A stretch of DNA of 64,000 bases from Candidatus Aenigmatarchaeota archaeon (lineage in GTDB: Archaea; Aenigmatarchaeota; Aenigmatarchaeia; CG10238-14; SpSt-28): positions 342,108 to 406,107 of the forward strand of contig JAWBAK010000001.1 in the NCBI GenBank assembly GCA_038997165.1, read 5' to 3'. Position 1 is the stretch's first letter, and the number at the start of each line of letters is the position of its first letter. Both the position numbers and the translations under genes were made by a program. Of this stretch, positions 41,605 through 50,146 are shown piece after piece. The notes beneath the pieces were generated by a model that saw only the letters and a program-made list of their open reading frames with translations, ran no database searches and had not been told where the DNA came from.

Positions 41605-42603
41605 TTAATTATATCCTGTTATAACTATTTCTTTTATATTTGGTGGAATTATTATTTTTGGATTTCTAATCGCAAATCTAATCATAATTAATCTCTTTTT
41701 GGGTCCTGGAACACTTCCTTCAATTAAAATATAATCACTTCTTACTAAACCATAATGAGAGAAACCACCTTTTGGATTAATTTCTTGTCCATTAGAGGAA
41801 ATTTTTAAAATTCTTTTATTTAATTCTGTTCTTCTTTGAAATCCAAGTTGACCCTGCATAGGTACTCTACCTGGTAAAACTCTACCTACACCTTGAGCTC
41901 CTAAAGATCCAACATGTCTAATTCTTTGTGTTGCTTTTCTTCTTTGCTCTTTTACACCAAATCTTTTTACAGGCCCAGCAGTACCTTTACCTTTAGTTAC
42001 TGCTATTACATCTACCAATTGACCTTCTTTAAATATTTCGCTAACCTTTATCTCTTTTCCTAAAACATTAAAAGCATAATTTACAGCATCTTCAACTTTT
42101 CCTCCAATTTCTATTTCAAAAACTTCTGGTTTTTTCTTTTTTATTCCAGCTAACCACGGTTGTGTAGCTACTACTATTCTAACCTTTTTTATTTTAGATT
42201 TGTCTAATTTTTCAAATTCTTTAATAGCTTCATCATAGTTGCTTTTAAAGTTAGTTATTTTTCTTTTCAAATATTTCGGAATGTTTTCATCTTTTGCGTA
42301 AATGTCCAAAATACTTCTATATCCTTTTGTTGTTAATTCGTAAAATCTTATCCCTATAACCTTTAATGGTGGAACTTCTATTACTGTAGCTGGAACAAAA
42401 TATTCTTCTTCTATTTCCTTTTTTAGAACTTTTCTTTTTCTTATTTCTATAACATGAACCATACCAGCTTTATAGCCAGCAAACGCCAAAGGTATAGCTT
42501 TATCATAATTAGGATAAGATTTTATAGTTGGATAGATCCTTTTAGCTCTTTTTCTAGGCCAAAATGCTCTACTTCCTGCTAGTGGTTTTGAATCTTTTAC
42601 CAT
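41605..42603 (-). CDS. rpl3: 50S ribosomal protein uL3
   Basis: RAFWPRKRA, FAGYKAGMVHV, VTKGKGTAGPVKRFG. Not followed by L4/L23/L2. Confidence 0.9.
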   Translation of the reverse strand: MVKDSKPLAGSRAFWPRKRAKRIYPTIKSYPNYDKAIPLAFAGYKAGMVHVIEIRKRKVLKKEIEEEYFVPATVIEVPPLKVIGIRFYELTTKGYRSILDIYAKDENIPKYLKRKITNFKSNYDEAIKEFEKLDKSKIKKVRIVVATQPWLAGIKKKKPEVFEIEIGGKVEDAVNYAFNVLGKEIKVSEIFKEGQLVDVIAVTKGKGTAGPVKRFGVKEQRRKATQRIRHVGSLGAQGVGRVLPGRVPMQGQLGFQRRTELNKRILKISSNGQEINPKGGFSHYGLVRSDYILIEGSVPGPKKRLIMIRFAIRNPKIIIPPNIKEIVITGYN

Positions 42604-42725
42604 AAATTATAAGAACTAAAAATTATTTAGCTTTTTATTTCTTAAATATAATGAAGCATTAATAACATCTGATAAATAGTTTTTCTTCATCATCTCTGTT
42701 GACCGTCGTTTCTTCATTCATAAAT

Positions 42726-43298
42726 TTAATCTAAGATAGAAGAAATTATAAGATCTAATTTCTTATAGAATTCTTCTAGAGAAGAATTGTTTTCAACTAT
42801 AAAATCTGCTATTTCTTCTAATTTATCTAGACCTAATATCTCTTTATCTCTTTTATCCCTTTCTAAAAACTCTTCAAAACTTAGATTAAAATTTTTATCT
42901 TGTATTTTTCTTCTTTCATATCTTATTTTTGCGGGCGCAAAAATAAAAATTAAATAAAAATTTTTGTTAAACTCATTTTTGAATGCTTTAATTTCACTTA
43001 AGCTTCTTATTCCATCAACAATAATTTTGTTAGTTTTAATATCTTTTATTTTTTCAATAATTTTTAGTGCAAATATTTCTTCTTTTCCATATCTTTCTCT
43101 TATAATTTTTCCAACTTCACTCAATTTTCTTTTTTTCTCTTCTAAACTTAAATCTTCTTGAATTAAGTTTAATTTAATTGCTTCTTCTTCAATAATTTTG
43201 GAAAATTCAAAAATTTCAAAATTGTACTTTTCTTTTAAATATTTTGCAGCTTCACTTTTGCCGCTTGCTGCATATCCAGACAAACCTATTATTAGCAT
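42726..43298 (-). CDS. P-loop nucleotide kinase (dephospho-CoA kinase/UPF0200-like)
   Basis: IIGLSGYAASGKSEAAKYL Walker A and DGIRS motif. Exact substrate unknown. Confidence 0.45.
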   Translation of the reverse strand: MLIIGLSGYAASGKSEAAKYLKEKYNFEIFEFSKIIEEEAIKLNLIQEDLSLEEKKRKLSEVGKIIRERYGKEEIFALKIIEKIKDIKTNKIIVDGIRSLSEIKAFKNEFNKNFYLIFIFAPAKIRYERRKIQDKNFNLSFEEFLERDKRDKEILGLDKLEEIADFIVENNSSLEEFYKKLDLIISSILD

Positions 43299-43320
43299 AA
43301 ATATTATTAAAGAATAAATT

Positions 43321-44013
43321 ATGAGACTAATAATATTTGGACCTCCAGGAAGCGGAAAAGGAACATATTCATCGATTCTAAAAGAAAAGCTAGGAATTGA
43401 GAAAATATCTACTGGAGATATCTTTAGAGCTGAGGTAAAAAAACAAAGTGAACTAGGGAAAAAAGTTGAAAACTATTTAAAGCAAGGATTATTAGTACCT
43501 GATGAAATAGTTATAGAAATAGTTAAAAAGATTATAGATGAAAAAAAAGATAATTTTATTTTAGATGGTTTTCCAAGAACTGTTAATCAGGCAGAATGGT
43601 TAATAAATTATATAAAAATAGATGCAATAATAAAAATTAATGTACATGATGAAATTTTGATTGAAAAAATTAGTGGAAGAAGAGTTTGTAGTAATCCTAA
43701 CTGCGATGGAAATTATAATGTTGTTGATATAGATAAGGTAATTGATGGAATTCATTATAAATTACCTTCTATTTTACCAAAAAATGATATGATTTGTGAT
43801 AAATGTGGCTCTAAATTAATTCAAAGAGATGATGATAAACCAGAAATTATAAGAGAAAGACTCAAAATTTATTATCAGCAAACAAAACCAGTAGAGGAAT
43901 ATTTACGTAAAAAAGAAATATTTTTTATTGAAGTTTGGATGAATAAAGAGCCAAAATTTGTTGTTGAAGAAATAATAAATAAATTAAATAGTGCATACTT
44001 CAAAACATTCTAA
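43321..44013 (+). CDS. adk: Adenylate kinase with zinc-binding lid
   Basis: GPPGSGKGT, DGFPRT, lid CSNPNCDGNYN...CDKCGSKLIQRDDD. Confidence 0.85.
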   Translation: MRLIIFGPPGSGKGTYSSILKEKLGIEKISTGDIFRAEVKKQSELGKKVENYLKQGLLVPDEIVIEIVKKIIDEKKDNFILDGFPRTVNQAEWLINYIKIDAIIKINVHDEILIEKISGRRVCSNPNCDGNYNVVDIDKVIDGIHYKLPSILPKNDMICDKCGSKLIQRDDDKPEIIRERLKIYYQQTKPVEEYLRKKEIFFIEVWMNKEPKFVVEEIINKLNSAYFKTF

Positions 44014-44826
44014 AAGTAATTCTTTTATATTTTTTATTACAACTTTCTTGTTTTCTTCTGGTATTGACCTTATACATTCTTCTATAGTAGCTTTATTATA
44101 GGAGCAACAATAATTTTCATATGCTATTGGATAGATGCCTTCATCTATTTTTAATCCTAATGGCTTAAATACATATTTCTCCCAATAATTATAAAATTCT
44201 TCGAGATTATATAATCTTATTCTATTTTTTACTCTAAGATGATTATAGTGTTCTCTAGGATAATGTTTTTTAATTTCTTCGAACTCATTTCTAACTATTT
44301 TATAACTTTCAAATCCATCTTCATATTTTTTAATTACAATCCCCTCTATAACATTTTCAGTTTTACTTATTTTTATTTTATTTTCTTTTTTAATAAGTTT
44401 TATCAAATTTGGATTGATAGTATTTTTAAAAGCAGAATCTCTATTTAAAGATTCATCTATTATTTTTTTAGTTAGTGGACCTGCATAAAAAGTAGGTACA
44501 ATAATCAGCCCCAAACATAAACACATTTTCGAAGTAACTTCTGGGGGAAGATAAATAAGTTTTCCATCCTCTAATATTGCTCCTTCAATAACAATTCTAT
44601 TTGCTGGAGCTTCATACATTATTACATGTAAATCTTTTATATTTACTAGTTCACCAAAGAGACATAGATATAACTTTTTTTCAATTTTTATACATGATTC
44701 TATAAAACTATCTGATAGTTTGCCATCAATTTTTTCTTGAATATAAATTTTTTTTATATTTTTTTCAAGTTCTTTTAATTCGTTAATTTCTTTCGGTTTT
44801 TTATAAGAGATTTTTATTATTGACAT
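43984..44826 (-). CDS. Nucleotidyltransferase-superfamily ligase-like protein (RNA ligase-like)
   Basis: Ordered ligase motifs: I EKIDGK (KxDG), III LFGEL, IV EGIVIKK, V-like YKIVR. Confidence 0.45.
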   Translation of the reverse strand: MSIIKISYKKPKEINELKELEKNIKKIYIQEKIDGKLSDSFIESCIKIEKKLYLCLFGELVNIKDLHVIMYEAPANRIVIEGAILEDGKLIYLPPEVTSKMCLCLGLIIVPTFYAGPLTKKIIDESLNRDSAFKNTINPNLIKLIKKENKIKISKTENVIEGIVIKKYEDGFESYKIVRNEFEEIKKHYPREHYNHLRVKNRIRLYNLEEFYNYWEKYVFKPLGLKIDEGIYPIAYENYCCSYNKATIEECIRSIPEENKKVVIKNIKELLLECFEVCTI

Positions 44827-45605
44827 AATCTAGATGTTTTTCTTTTTCTTTTATTTTTATTTTTATTAATGGATTTGGATATATATCCATAACTTAAAAT
44901 TTTCAGAATTTCATTTATATAATCATCTAGTTTTTTTTCGTTATTTGGTAATTTTTCCATTTTTTCTGAAAATCTATTAAGACCTTCTTGATCTAAAATA
45001 TAAATCTTATTTCTTACATGTTCGTTAAATATAGTAGAAAAGTTTTTTATTATTCTTTCATCATTTGTTAGAAATATATATATTCCTCTTCCATTTTTTT
45101 CCTGAGAGTAAATTAATATCGTTTTAATGTAATCAGTATCATCTTTATCAACACTTTGAGAAAGAATTTCTGAAAGGTTTCTATATTTTCTATCAAAAAT
45201 TTCCTGGTATTTTTTTTCATATTTCTCTCTAATTATATTTATAGGAATTCCATCAATTTTTATTACATATTCTTTTTGTTCAAGGTATTTGGCCTTTCTT
45301 CTTTGAAGATATTTATGAAAATTTTCTATTTTTTTACTGTCTAAATATTTCCTATATTCTTTTTCTTTTATTTTTTTTAGTGCACCTTCCAAAGCTGATT
45401 CAAAAGAAATAAATTTAACTGGTATTTTATACATACTTTTTTCTAGAATATTACAAAAATTTTTCAAACTTTTAAAACTTTCAATATATGATCTCTGAGA
45501 ATTATTTAAAAACTTTTCTTCTAAATTTTTCTTTTGAAAATTTTCTACTAATTTATCAACTAATATACATTCATCAAGAAATACATATATCGTTTTTTGC
45601 TTCAT
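44817..45605 (-). CDS. Uncharacterised protein, possible PIN-like nuclease domain with basic tail
   Basis: N-terminal YVFLDECIL and later IYIFLTNDERII resemble the first and last PIN acidic motifs. The 3' end overlaps the ligase-like gene start by 10 nt. Confidence 0.3.
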   Translation of the reverse strand: MKQKTIYVFLDECILVDKLVENFQKKNLEEKFLNNSQRSYIESFKSLKNFCNILEKSMYKIPVKFISFESALEGALKKIKEKEYRKYLDSKKIENFHKYLQRRKAKYLEQKEYVIKIDGIPINIIREKYEKKYQEIFDRKYRNLSEILSQSVDKDDTDYIKTILIYSQEKNGRGIYIFLTNDERIIKNFSTIFNEHVRNKIYILDQEGLNRFSEKMEKLPNNEKKLDDYINEILKILSYGYISKSINKNKNKRKRKTSRLCQ

Positions 45606-45712
45606 AAAAATAACAATAAATTGAAAAATATATTTATATTAAACTTAACCATTAATATTTAAAATTATAATAAACTATTTATTATTATATTTATTGTTTC
45701 AGAAAAATTTTT

Positions 45713-46681
45713 ATGATTTCTGAGTTTTTAAATATAATAAACAAATTAAAAGAAAGAAATATTAAAAAAATTTTTGTTCAAATTTCAGAAGGTTTAAAAA
45801 TTAAAATAGAAGAAATACAAAAAATTTTTGAAGAAAATAATATAGAAGTTATTTTTAGTTTAGAACCTACTTATGGAGCTTGTGATGTAAGGGATGAAGA
45901 AGCAAAAAGATTAGGTTGTGAAGCATTAATTCATATTGGTCATTCTAATTTTGGAGTTAGGTCTTCTATACCAGTTTTTTATATTCATTATATTTTTGAT
46001 GCTGAAGAAGAAAAAATTGAAAAATTATTAGAAAAATATGAAAATATGTTTATTTACAATTCATATGCAATAGTTTCAAGCTTGCAATATATTAACTATG
46101 TTAAATATGTAAAAAATTTTTTAGAAACAAAAAATAAGAAAGTTTATACTAAAAAAGTTTTAGAGTATGAAGCTCAAATATTAGGTTGTAATGTAAATGC
46201 TGCTAAAATAGACGAGGCAGAAGCAATAATAGTTATTTCTGAAGGATTTTTTTATCCTTTAGGCTTATTGCTAGAAATTGAAAACAAACCAATAATATAT
46301 ATTGATCTTGAAAAACAAGAGGTTAGAGACATTAGTTTTTTAAGAGAAAAGTTTCGAAAGATAGTAGCGTGGAACTTAGTAAGATTTAAAGAGGCTAAAA
46401 AAATTGGATTGTTAGTTAGTTGGAAGAAAGGTCAAACATTTTATGATGTTTTTAAGATAAAAAAAGAAATTGAAAAAATTGGAAAAAAAGTATATATTTT
46501 TGCTTTTGATGAGATCGTACCTGAAAAATTAGAAGGTATAAATGTAGATTTTTTAATAAATTTAGCATGTCCAAGAATTTTTCCAGATGATATAGAAAGA
46601 TATAAAATTCCTTTGCTAAATTATTCAATCCTACTAAAAAGTTTTTATGAAGAAAAAAGAGTTAGAAATAATTCTATCTAA
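45713..46681 (+). CDS. dph2: Diphthamide synthesis radical SAM enzyme Dph2
   Basis: EPTYGACDVRDEEAKRLGCEALIHIGHS and later LGCN... Cys, typical of archaeal Dph2. Confidence 0.8.
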   Translation: MISEFLNIINKLKERNIKKIFVQISEGLKIKIEEIQKIFEENNIEVIFSLEPTYGACDVRDEEAKRLGCEALIHIGHSNFGVRSSIPVFYIHYIFDAEEEKIEKLLEKYENMFIYNSYAIVSSLQYINYVKYVKNFLETKNKKVYTKKVLEYEAQILGCNVNAAKIDEAEAIIVISEGFFYPLGLLLEIENKPIIYIDLEKQEVRDISFLREKFRKIVAWNLVRFKEAKKIGLLVSWKKGQTFYDVFKIKKEIEKIGKKVYIFAFDEIVPEKLEGINVDFLINLACPRIFPDDIERYKIPLLNYSILLKSFYEEKRVRNNSI

Positions 46682-47285
46682 TTTAAAAGGTTTTGAAAAA
46701 CCAAAGATAGAACTAGAACAATATGAAACTCCTAGCAATTTAATAAGCGAAATAGTTAATGAACTAAATTTAATGAATTTAATTGAAAATAAAAAAATTT
46801 TGGAGATTGCTTGTGGAACTGCTAAATTTTCAATAGCATTATCTTTTTTTAATCCAAAATTAATTTTTGCTTTCGATATAGATAAAGATGCTATAAAAAT
46901 TGCTAAAGAAAATTATGAAAAAATAAAAAATGAATACGAAAATTATAATATTTCAAAGATATTTTTTTGCATAGGCAATATAAAACAAATTAAATTCAAA
47001 GAGTATTTTGATTTATCGATAATGAATCCTCCATTTGGAATTCAGGGAAAAATTAAAGATTTGGAATTTTTAGAATTTGCTTTTAATTATTCAAATTTTG
47101 TTGTTTCAATAAATCCGAATGGTAAAAACATAGAATTTTTTATAAAATTTTCAAAAAAATATAATTTTGAGCTAATAAAATATAAGAAATTTTTATTTCC
47201 TATTAAGAGAATTTTTTGGTTTCATAAGAAAAAAGAAAAAATGATAGAAACTTTAGTTTTGTTTTTTAGAAAATTATTTTCTTGA
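46647..47285 (+). CDS. METTL5/COG2263-like SAM-dependent RNA methyltransferase
   Basis: LEQYETP, EIACGTAKF, NPPFG. Confidence 0.65.
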   Translation: MKKKELEIILSNLKGFEKPKIELEQYETPSNLISEIVNELNLMNLIENKKILEIACGTAKFSIALSFFNPKLIFAFDIDKDAIKIAKENYEKIKNEYENYNISKIFFCIGNIKQIKFKEYFDLSIMNPPFGIQGKIKDLEFLEFAFNYSNFVVSINPNGKNIEFFIKFSKKYNFELIKYKKFLFPIKRIFWFHKKKEKMIETLVLFFRKLFS

Positions 47286-47816
47286 TACGAACTTATTGTT
47301 TTTTATATAAAATCTCAAATTTTCTTCTAAATCTCTTTTTACACCAATTCTTTTTGAGCTCTCTATTTCAAATTTTTCTTCTTTACTCTTTGCTATATAT
47401 AATAAGCCCTTTTTATAAACTTTTATTCCATTTAAACTTTTATCAATTTTTAATGCTTTCGTTAATTTTCCAGGACCATTAGTTTCAAAATTAATGTTTT
47501 TTATTGGTTCAATCGCTCTTATTAATACAGCACCTGCTTTATTTTTTTGATGCGCAACAATATTTAATAGCCAATTGGAATGAACCATATAAATTAGAGT
47601 TATTCCTACATCTCCATATAAGGAATTTACAACATATTTTGGAAATCCCAAATAAGCTCTAGATGCAGGATCTTCTTTTCCATAGTATGCTTCAACTTCA
47701 ACAATCTTCCCAATTAATTTTTTATTATTAAATTCCCTAATTAAATACTTTCCTAATAAATTTTTTGCAATCTCTTTAGTATCTTTTTTATAAAAGCTTT
47801 TTTTCAAAATTTTCAT
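47274..47816 (-). CDS. mpg: DNA-3-methyladenine glycosylase (Mpg/AAG family)
   Basis: FYKKDTKEIAKNLLGKYL, VEVEAYYGKEDPASRAY, GPGKLTKAL. Confidence 0.75.
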   Translation of the reverse strand: MKILKKSFYKKDTKEIAKNLLGKYLIREFNNKKLIGKIVEVEAYYGKEDPASRAYLGFPKYVVNSLYGDVGITLIYMVHSNWLLNIVAHQKNKAGAVLIRAIEPIKNINFETNGPGKLTKALKIDKSLNGIKVYKKGLLYIAKSKEEKFEIESSKRIGVKRDLEENLRFYIKNNKFVSRK

Positions 47817-47823
47817 TTAAAGT

Positions 47824-48345
47824 TTAACAATATTTTTCTCCGCTCGATACTAATAAGCTATTCCTTATATAAATTGGAGCATCCAATCTTAATGCTAGTG
47901 CAATTCCATCACTAGGTCTAATATCAATTTCTCTTATTTTATTTCCTTGAGAAATAAAAGCTCTTGCAATATAGGAATTATTTCTAATTTCTTCAATTCT
48001 TACATCAATAAGCTTTATATTAAATTCTTTAAAAATATCAGAAGTTACATCATGCGTATTTGGTCTCCATTCTCTTCTTTTTTGTAATGCATTACTAATT
48101 GATCTTATTTGGGCATCTTCTATATAACCAATTAATCTATAACATCCCGAATATAAAATTAATGCACCATTTTCTGGAATTACATCAATTTTTTCAACTC
48201 TAGAATATTCTTCTGTTGAAAGTTGTGGAAAAATTTTTATTAATTCAGAAATATCTTGTAAAATTTCTTTTTGATAAAGAGATAAAATTAATGATAAGAT
48301 AGAAATAAATAATGCAATTATAACAGCGATTAATACTTTTTCCAT
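47824..48345 (-). CDS. Membrane-anchored bifunctional nuclease domain (BFN/DUF151) protein
   Basis: N-terminal TM helix plus RPSDGIALALRLDAPIYI. Confidence 0.6.
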   Translation of the reverse strand: MEKVLIAVIIALFISILSLILSLYQKEILQDISELIKIFPQLSTEEYSRVEKIDVIPENGALILYSGCYRLIGYIEDAQIRSISNALQKRREWRPNTHDVTSDIFKEFNIKLIDVRIEEIRNNSYIARAFISQGNKIREIDIRPSDGIALALRLDAPIYIRNSLLVSSGEKYC

Positions 48346-48356
48346 AAGAATTAATT

Positions 48357-49442
48357 TTAAAAATACTTTAAATATTCAATTAATCTTCTTTTTTCTTTCT
48401 TTATATCTAAATAATTTTCGAAAATTTCATTTTTAATTATATCAAAACATTCTTGTAAAACTTCTAAAAATTCTCTACCTTCTCTTATTGTGACAAATCT
48501 ATTCTTATAATCACTAAAGATTAAATGAACAGTATAAATATCTCTATGTTTTTCTATATGTAATTTCAAAAATCCTCGATTAAATATTTTTCTTATTTTT
48601 TTAATAAAATTCTTTATATAGAAGTCAACGTAATCAGAATAATATTTCTTTATATTCTCTTTTCCAATAATTATTACATTTATTTTTTCTTTTCTCTCTT
48701 TTATTAAAACTTTTAATAAATCTTTTTTAGTTATTATTCCTTGTAAATTTTCATTAACAACACAAGAAATTTTATAATAAAACATTTTTTTAATTATATT
48801 AGAAATTTTTTCATCACTAGAATATGTTATAACATTTTTAGTTGCAATTGATATTATAGGATTTTCAAAGATTTTAAATTTTTTTCCTATTAGTTCTCCT
48901 AATGTTGTCTTTTCTTTAAATTCCTTTAGAATAAAATCTGTTATATCTTTAGATGAAACTATTCCAGCAAGTTTTTTATTTTCTATTAATGGAATATGAG
49001 AAATATTATATTTTGCCATATATTTTATCGCTTTATAAATTGGTTCTTTCGATTGTAAAATAATTATATTTTTTGTTTCAATCTCTTCTGCTTTAACATT
49101 TCCAAATTTTTCTTTTATTATTTCTAAAAGCGAATCGATCTTAATAATTCCTTTAACTTTATTTTCTTTGTCTAATAATGCAGCTAAATAACAATCATTT
49201 TCTATCATTCTTTTAGCAATTTCAATTTCATTAATTTCATAAACTTTACAATCTCTCTTTTTAACTTTTTTCAATTTTTCTTTTAAATTTTTTTCAGTAA
49301 TTAAATCTCTTAGTCTTACTATTCCTTTATATTTATTTTCTTCATCTGTAACTACTATTTCTCTTAGATCTAGATCTTTAATCAATTTTAAAGCTTCTCC
49401 TATTGTCTTATTTTCATCTATTGTAATTGCTTCTGAAATCAT
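48357..49442 (-). CDS. CBS-domain protein (tandem CBS pairs plus uncharacterised C-terminal domain)
   Basis: Repeated CBS-like segments (e.g. HIPLIENKKLAGIVSSKDI). Confidence 0.6.
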   Translation of the reverse strand: MISEAITIDENKTIGEALKLIKDLDLREIVVTDEENKYKGIVRLRDLITEKNLKEKLKKVKKRDCKVYEINEIEIAKRMIENDCYLAALLDKENKVKGIIKIDSLLEIIKEKFGNVKAEEIETKNIIILQSKEPIYKAIKYMAKYNISHIPLIENKKLAGIVSSKDITDFILKEFKEKTTLGELIGKKFKIFENPIISIATKNVITYSSDEKISNIIKKMFYYKISCVVNENLQGIITKKDLLKVLIKERKEKINVIIIGKENIKKYYSDYVDFYIKNFIKKIRKIFNRGFLKLHIEKHRDIYTVHLIFSDYKNRFVTIREGREFLEVLQECFDIIKNEIFENYLDIKKEKRRLIEYLKYF

Positions 49443-49564
49443 CTTGCCCTTACTCTTATAATTTTTGAAGGTCTAATTTTTTCAAAAATTCTACCACCAC
49501 AATTTAAACAAACTAATCTATCTAATTTATCATAAACTCTTTTGCAATTAATACATCTGTACAT
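49439..49564 (-). CDS. rpoP: DNA-directed RNA polymerase subunit P (Rpo12/RpoP)
   Basis: Hand translation, not in the ORF track: MYRCINCKRVYDKLDRLVCLNCGGRIFEKIRPSKIIRVRAR. CxxC...CxxC zinc ribbon, 41 aa, directly after eL43 as is common in archaea. Its stop overlaps the CBS gene start (ATGA). Confidence 0.8.
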   Translation of the reverse strand: MYRCINCKRVYDKLDRLVCLNCGGRIFEKIRPSKIIRVRAR

Positions 49565-49565
49565 A

Positions 49566-49790
49566 TTATTTAATTTTTACTCCAGGAGGTAAATATGCTG
49601 AAGATGCTACTTTTTTATTACATTTTTTGCAATACCATATACCTGTTGAAATTCTTTTTAACTTTTTAAAACCACAACTTGGACATTTATGGAATTTTCT
49701 TTGAATAATTTCTATTTCATCGATTTTTTCTCTTAATTTCATTCCATATCTTGCACCAAATCTTCCACTAGGTCCAACTTTTCTTACCAT
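49566..49790 (-). CDS. rpl37ae: 50S ribosomal protein eL43 (L37Ae)
   Basis: GRFGARYG and CPSC...CKKC zinc ribbon. Confidence 0.9.
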   Translation of the reverse strand: MVRKVGPSGRFGARYGMKLREKIDEIEIIQRKFHKCPSCGFKKLKRISTGIWYCKKCNKKVASSAYLPPGVKIK

Positions 49791-49976
49791 AGAGAATATA
49801 TATTTTAATAAAAATTAATATATTTTTGAGTTATCATTTTGAGTTGTTTGTAGAAGAACTACGTCATCATTTTTATTTAAATCAATTACTTAAAAATGTT
49901 AGAACTCCTAATTTTAACTTTAAAAAATTTCAAAATTCTATTTTTAGTGTTGAATTGCTAGCGATTTATAAATTGA

Positions 49977-50103
49977 TGCGGGGGGTGGGATTTGAACCCA
50001 CGACGGCTCTACGCCATCGGGTTTCTTATCATTTATTCAAAGCTTAAGATTTTATATCTTTATCTTAAGCCCGACGCCCTTGGCCAGGCTAGGCGACCCC
50101 CGC
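49977..50103 (-). tRNA. tRNA-Leu (TAA), class II, with 41-nt intron (50023..50063)
   Basis: Reverse complement GCGGGGG..TCGGG-CTTAAG|intron|A-CCCGA, variable arm TGGCGTAGAGCCGTC, GTGGGTTCAAATCCCAC-CCCCCGC-A. Confidence 0.85.
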
Positions 50104-50146
50104 TTATAATTTAAATTACATCAAATTAATTTAAATTAATTTAATT

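Noticed and set aside
49826-49905. Possible minus-strand C/D sRNA upstream of eL43 (AUGAUGA followed later by AUGAUAA).
   Set aside because: No CUGA-type D or D' box lies at 12 nt after either box, so it is more likely the eL43 promoter or leader.
49826-50047. 73-aa plus-strand ORF.
   Set aside because: Its 3' part is the reverse complement of the tRNA-Leu(TAA) gene, and the rest is AT-rich spacer.
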